Positions 59,761 to 64,000 of a stretch of DNA of 64,000 bases are shown in pieces; position 1 is the first letter of the stretch, and every line of letters starts with the position of its first letter. The notes beneath the pieces were generated by a model. That model was not told the origin of the DNA. It saw nothing but the letters and a program-made list of their open reading frames with translations, and made no database searches. The stretch is from Candidatus Poribacteria bacterium. Its GTDB lineage: Bacteria > Poribacteria > WGA-4E > PCPOR2b. The DNA is taken from the NCBI GenBank assembly GCA_965208325.1, contig OZ242326.1, forward strand, positions 3,200,001 to 3,264,000, given 5' to 3'. The position numbers and the translations under genes are program-made.

Positions 59761-61101
59761 ATGATAAAGCGGATTTCAATGACGTGGTTATCGCTCCTTA
59801 TGGTATGGGTGTTGCTCCAGGTCGAGTCCAGCGCTCAGGCGGAAGCGGCGGCATCGGCGACATCGGCGACAGAATCACTTCCTGAATCTGTCGAAGCGGC
59901 ATTGGCTGACGGCATTAATTTGCCGACATTAATTCGCCTCGCTGTCGAGCGCAACCCCAAGCTTAAAATCGCCCGAGCGAAGTGGCAGGCAACTATTGAG
60001 AAGTATCCGCAAGTGACAGCCCTACCGGATCCGATGCTGATGTACAGTTATTTCGCTCGGAGTGTGGAAACCCGTGTCGGACCACAGCGGCACCGCCTCG
60101 GTTTTTCACAGGCGTTGCCATACCCCGGCACACTTGACGCCGCGGGGCGAGTGACGGTGAAGGAGATAGAAATTCAGCGGGTAAAATATGAGCAGGTTGT
60201 GCGCGACGTGATTGTCGACTTGAAACTCAGCTATCACGAATTGACTTACCTTCAACGGGCGAGGCAGGTCACCCATCAGAATCAGCAATTGCTTTCTCAG
60301 ATATTAAACATTGCCACCACCCGCTACGCATCTAGCGAAGCAACGCTAAATGATGTCCTTAAGGCGCAAAGCCAGTTGGCGCAACTGTCTTACGATCTGA
60401 TTCTGTTACGGGAATTGGAGGAGGTCGAAAAGGCGAAAATCAATGCGCTCATTAGCGTCTCTTCGCAGACACCGTTGGGTCCGCCTGCACCCGCGGCATA
60501 CACTGCGCACGACATTCCAATCTCCGATTTGCAAACGAAGGTGTTGGCGGGGCAACAAGAATTACAAATCGCCGATTTGATGATACAGAAGGCTGATGAA
60601 GCCGTTGCGCTCGCCAAGCTGAAAACGAAGCCGCGTTTCAAACTCGATTTGATGACCGTCGAAACTGGCGAGGGGTTGATGCCGGATGCTATCGACAGCG
60701 GGAAAAATCCGATTTCCATCGGAGTCGGCATCTCGATTCCGTGGTCTTCTACAAAGAATCGCAGTCAAATACAAGAGACAGAGTTGAACCGCTCTGCCGC
60801 CATCGAAAACAAACGGTCGATGGAAGATTTGACGTTGGCGAACCTAAGGAAGCTTTATTTCCGCCTGGAGAACGCACGGCGGTTGGTTGACCTTTACGAA
60901 GATAGCCTCATTCCACAAGCCGAGGATGCAATAGAAGTTGCTGAAACATGGCATCAGGAAGGCACAAAAAGTATCGCGGGATTTCTTGAAACGCAGAGCG
61001 TTTGGCTGAACTTTAACCTGGCGCGGCTTCGCGCAATCACCGACTATCAGCAGAGCCTTGCACGGTTGGAACGGCTGATTGGAGGGAGTATATCGCCATG
61101 A
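59761..61101 (+). CDS. TolC-family outer-membrane efflux protein
   Basis: Signal peptide; A.ERNP.L, ALPDP.L, SQ..PYPG, two coiled-coil halves; AGGAG RBS before ATG 59761. Confidence 0.88.
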   Translation: MIKRISMTWLSLLMVWVLLQVESSAQAEAAASATSATESLPESVEAALADGINLPTLIRLAVERNPKLKIARAKWQATIEKYPQVTALPDPMLMYSYFARSVETRVGPQRHRLGFSQALPYPGTLDAAGRVTVKEIEIQRVKYEQVVRDVIVDLKLSYHELTYLQRARQVTHQNQQLLSQILNIATTRYASSEATLNDVLKAQSQLAQLSYDLILLRELEEVEKAKINALISVSSQTPLGPPAPAAYTAHDIPISDLQTKVLAGQQELQIADLMIQKADEAVALAKLKTKPRFKLDLMTVETGEGLMPDAIDSGKNPISIGVGISIPWSSTKNRSQIQETELNRSAAIENKRSMEDLTLANLRKLYFRLENARRLVDLYEDSLIPQAEDAIEVAETWHQEGTKSIAGFLETQSVWLNFNLARLRAITDYQQSLARLERLIGGSISP

Positions 61102-62636
61102 AGCATTTCATGATACTCCTTTCCATATTTCTCTTTTCGTGTGCGAGTGGACGGAAGGCGACCTATCAAGACCTGCTGACGCAATTCGAGGATGCGCCAG
61201 CTCCCGAATATTATCGGACTGAAATCGAAATGGACACCCCTAAGCCGGGTAAAGATGAAACCGCCGAAAAAGATGGTTTCTTGACTGAAGTGGAGGCGAA
61301 AGTGCTGAAATTTCAGAGAGAATTTCAAGCGCAATTAGAAGGCGAGACGCCGATTCCGGAACCGTTCTACGACTTTTCGGTACCGCAGATGAAAGCCTAT
61401 CGGGAATTCGCAACGAAGGCGGGGAAGGCTGAGGCGAGATTGGCAGAAACGGTCAGTCTTGAGTTGTTATTGGCGATTGGATATGAGTGGAGCCCCGCCA
61501 TTAAAGCCGCCCGCAAAAAGATGAGAGCCACCCTCGAGCAGTATCCCCAAGCGGTCTATCTGGACAACGTGTTACGGCAATACAACGCCTTTACAAAACA
61601 GCTAGACACGAAAATCGGTCAACCTCGCCATAAAGAGATGGCGGCGATGAATTTTCCATTCCCGGACATGCTAGCGTTGAAAGGGCAAATCGTCACCGAA
61701 GATGTTCAAATCGCCCAAAGGGAAATTGATATTGCACTTCGAGATTTGGTGACAGATATCAAGTTGGCTTATTATGACTATCTCTACCTCAACGAAGCCA
61801 TAGAGATCAATCGAGAAAACCAAGAACTGCTTCGTCAGATGATTCAGATAGCCCAGGCTAAGTTTCGCGCCGGCATCGGCAGATATCACAGCGTAATCAT
61901 GGCGCAAGTGGAGTTTTCCAAACTTTCCGACTCAATTATCACATTAGAAGAGCGGCGTGAAACTGTCATCGCTCGAATCAACACCTTATTGAATCGTCCC
62001 GCCGATGCGACGCTGGGGACGCCGCTGCCCTTGGCATATGGGGATGCCGCGCAACCGTTGGGCGAGCTATACACCCTCGCACTCAAGTCTCGGCAGGAAA
62101 TTCAGAAGCAGAAACTGGTGATTAGTAAAATGAACCTCATAATACAGCTGGCGGGGCAAATGGCGTATCCTGACGCATCGCTCGGCACAAGCTACTTTGA
62201 GAACCGGATGAAGTTATCGCCAATCTTTTCTACGCAGCGCACGCTGAATCCCAAGCACTCAGCGTTGTTTGGACAGAGAGACGCATATATTCGGGAAGTC
62301 GAGATTAAGGCAGATGCAATGCAGCAGAAGCTCACGGAACTTGAGAACGTCACGCGATTTTCAGTTAAGAAGCACCATTTCGGTATGGAGACTGCTGATC
62401 GCAGCATCGCATTATACCGCACTACACTGTTGCCGCAGGCACGGAGCGCTTTGGAGGCGGCGAACACGGCTTATCAAGCTGCGCAGGTTGATTTCATTAG
62501 TTTTCTTGACGCCCAACGTACACTGTTAAAATTTCGCCTCGGAGAACAGCGGGCGTTCCGCGACCATCGTCAACATCTGGCACAGTTAGAACAAGCGGTC
62601 GGACAAGTGTTGCCAAAACAGACTATGGAGGAGTAG
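61098..62636 (+). CDS. Second TolC-family protein, lipoprotein
   Basis: Lipobox LFS-C; FPFP, AYYDY, LLPQA...AY.A.QVDF..FLDAQ motifs; ATGA overlap. Confidence 0.85.
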   Translation: MKHFMILLSIFLFSCASGRKATYQDLLTQFEDAPAPEYYRTEIEMDTPKPGKDETAEKDGFLTEVEAKVLKFQREFQAQLEGETPIPEPFYDFSVPQMKAYREFATKAGKAEARLAETVSLELLLAIGYEWSPAIKAARKKMRATLEQYPQAVYLDNVLRQYNAFTKQLDTKIGQPRHKEMAAMNFPFPDMLALKGQIVTEDVQIAQREIDIALRDLVTDIKLAYYDYLYLNEAIEINRENQELLRQMIQIAQAKFRAGIGRYHSVIMAQVEFSKLSDSIITLEERRETVIARINTLLNRPADATLGTPLPLAYGDAAQPLGELYTLALKSRQEIQKQKLVISKMNLIIQLAGQMAYPDASLGTSYFENRMKLSPIFSTQRTLNPKHSALFGQRDAYIREVEIKADAMQQKLTELENVTRFSVKKHHFGMETADRSIALYRTTLLPQARSALEAANTAYQAAQVDFISFLDAQRTLLKFRLGEQRAFRDHRQHLAQLEQAVGQVLPKQTMEE

Positions 62637-62639
62637 ACC

Positions 62640-64000
62640 ATGATAAGGAACATCAATCGGAATGCGATAATTTTTCCTTTGTTGCTGCTGACAATCGGTT
62701 TTGTTGCGGGGTGCGGAAGGACCGATTCCGCGGAAGAACACACCGCGGAAAAGACTATGGATGGCATGGCGCAGCATGCGGAACATGCAGAACATGCGGA
62801 ACATACGGAACATGCAGAACATGCAGAACACGGTCTAGTCGCTGTCTCTTCGGCAGATGGGGAGAAAATTAGGTACTGGACATGTGTGATGCACCCATCG
62901 GTCAAGATGCCCGTTGAGGCGGATTGCCCCGTGTGTAAAATGGATTTAATTCCGGTTTACGAAGGCGTCGGACTGACACTTACGGAGAGACAGAAATCGC
63001 TGATTCCGGTTCGCACCGAATCGGTTGAATTTCGCAATCTTAACCGCGAAATCCGGACTGTGGGTGTACTGGACTACAACGAAACGCGTATGGCGTATGC
63101 TTCGACCCGAATATCCGGCTGGATTGAAGACCTGCACGTTGACTTCACCGGTATCAATGTCCGTGAAGGCGATGAACTCCTTACGATTTATAGCCCGGAA
63201 CTGTTAGCGGCACAGGAGGAATATCTCACGGCGTTGAAGAGTGTGGATGAATTAAAGGATACGCAATACGCCGAGCTGAAACGTACTGTTGAACAGACGC
63301 TTTCTGCGGCGAAATCCAAGCTGGAACTGTTCGGACTGACTCTGGAACAGATTGATGACATCCGTGAACACGGTAAGGCGCGGACGACACTGCCGTTGTA
63401 TGCGCCTAGCGGCGGAACAGTCATCCACATGAACGTTTACAAGGGGCAACATGTGAAGAGCGGCACAAACCTCTACCGCATTGCGGATCTGAAAAGCCTG
63501 TGGATTATCGCGGATATCTACGAATACGAACTGCCGTGGGTCTATATGGGACAAGAGGTCGAGATTACGGCGCAGTCGATGCCTGACCAGACATTTCATG
63601 GGAAAGTCAACTACATCTATCCATACTTTGATGCGCCAACTCGAACGCAGAAAGTCCACATTGAAGTGCCAAACCCGGACGGACAATTGCGCCCGGGGAT
63701 GTATGTTACTCTCCGATTAAAACCCACTCTAGCGGAAATCTACGCTCGTGAAACACAGCCCAAAGCTGCGTATGCATGTCCAATGCACCCATGGATAACT
63801 TCCGAGATGCCTAGCGATTGCGACATCTGCGGCATGGATCTTGAATCGACGCGCCCGGAAGCGGCGGTATCGGGGCCGATGGAATCCGTTTGGACCTGCC
63901 CGATGCATCCGCAGATAAAACAGTCCGAGTTCGGTGAATGCGACATCTGCGGAATGGACTTAATCGAAAAACAGGTGCCGGTGGAGGCGCATGCCCATGC
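62640..64000 (+). CDS. CusB-like RND efflux periplasmic adaptor with heavy-metal-binding domains, 3' end outside the window
   Basis: Absent from the ORF track because no stop codon is in the window. GGAGGAG RBS; lipobox VAG-C; YWTCVMHP..CPVCKMDL; GWIEDL, YSPEL..AQEEY, L.PGMY; two further CPMHP...CDICGMDL domains. Confidence 0.9.
   Translation, partial: MIRNINRNAIIFPLLLLTIGFVAGCGRTDSAEEHTAEKTMDGMAQHAEHAEHAEHTEHAEHAEHGLVAVSSADGEKIRYWTCVMHPSVKMPVEADCPVCKMDLIPVYEGVGLTLTERQKSLIPVRTESVEFRNLNREIRTVGVLDYNETRMAYASTRISGWIEDLHVDFTGINVREGDELLTIYSPELLAAQEEYLTALKSVDELKDTQYAELKRTVEQTLSAAKSKLELFGLTLEQIDDIREHGKARTTLPLYAPSGGTVIHMNVYKGQHVKSGTNLYRIADLKSLWIIADIYEYELPWVYMGQEVEITAQSMPDQTFHGKVNYIYPYFDAPTRTQKVHIEVPNPDGQLRPGMYVTLRLKPTLAEIYARETQPKAAYACPMHPWITSEMPSDCDICGMDLESTRPEAAVSGPMESVWTCPMHPQIKQSEFGECDICGMDLIEKQVPVEAHAH

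Overview
Bacterial chromosomal window. The gene content suggests a Candidatus Poribacteria-type (sponge-symbiont-like) genome: expanded TolB/PD40 beta-propellers, LamG proteins, PhyH dioxygenases, ankyrin and TPR proteins. This taxonomic call is inference. Layout: (1-5.5 kb) three tandem, mosaic TolB-like propeller genes; tpiA-secG; an Fe(III)-type ABC permease, a lytic-transglycosylase-like gene and two large orphan genes; (17.5-27.6 kb) paralogue arrays of 3 TolB-like, 3 LamG and 4 PhyH genes; an ApnL-like lactonase and a 2-hydroxyacid dehydrogenase; sigma54-type amtB-glnK; an M16 peptidase, an EhpF-like ligase and other housekeeping genes; (40.3-49.7 kb) a decayed phage/satellite-like island (DUF2280 TerS-like gene, TerL-like fragment, toprim primase, FRG-TPR) carrying many REP-like repeats; rmuC and enzymes; (55-64 kb) a ZraSR-like sigma54 two-component system upstream of a YHS protein, two TolC-like genes and a CusB-like adaptor that runs off the window. 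The two most notable observations are (a) an invariant C-terminal tail [SA]V-x4-K-x4-W-G-x-[VLIM]-K shared by nine proteins from two unrelated folds (eight with visible signal peptides), a candidate protein-sorting signal, and (b) a promoter/two-hairpin countertranscript RNA facing a terminator directly upstream of the FRG-primase genes, a candidate antisense attenuation system. No tRNA, rRNA, CRISPR array or intact transposase/integrase was seen.
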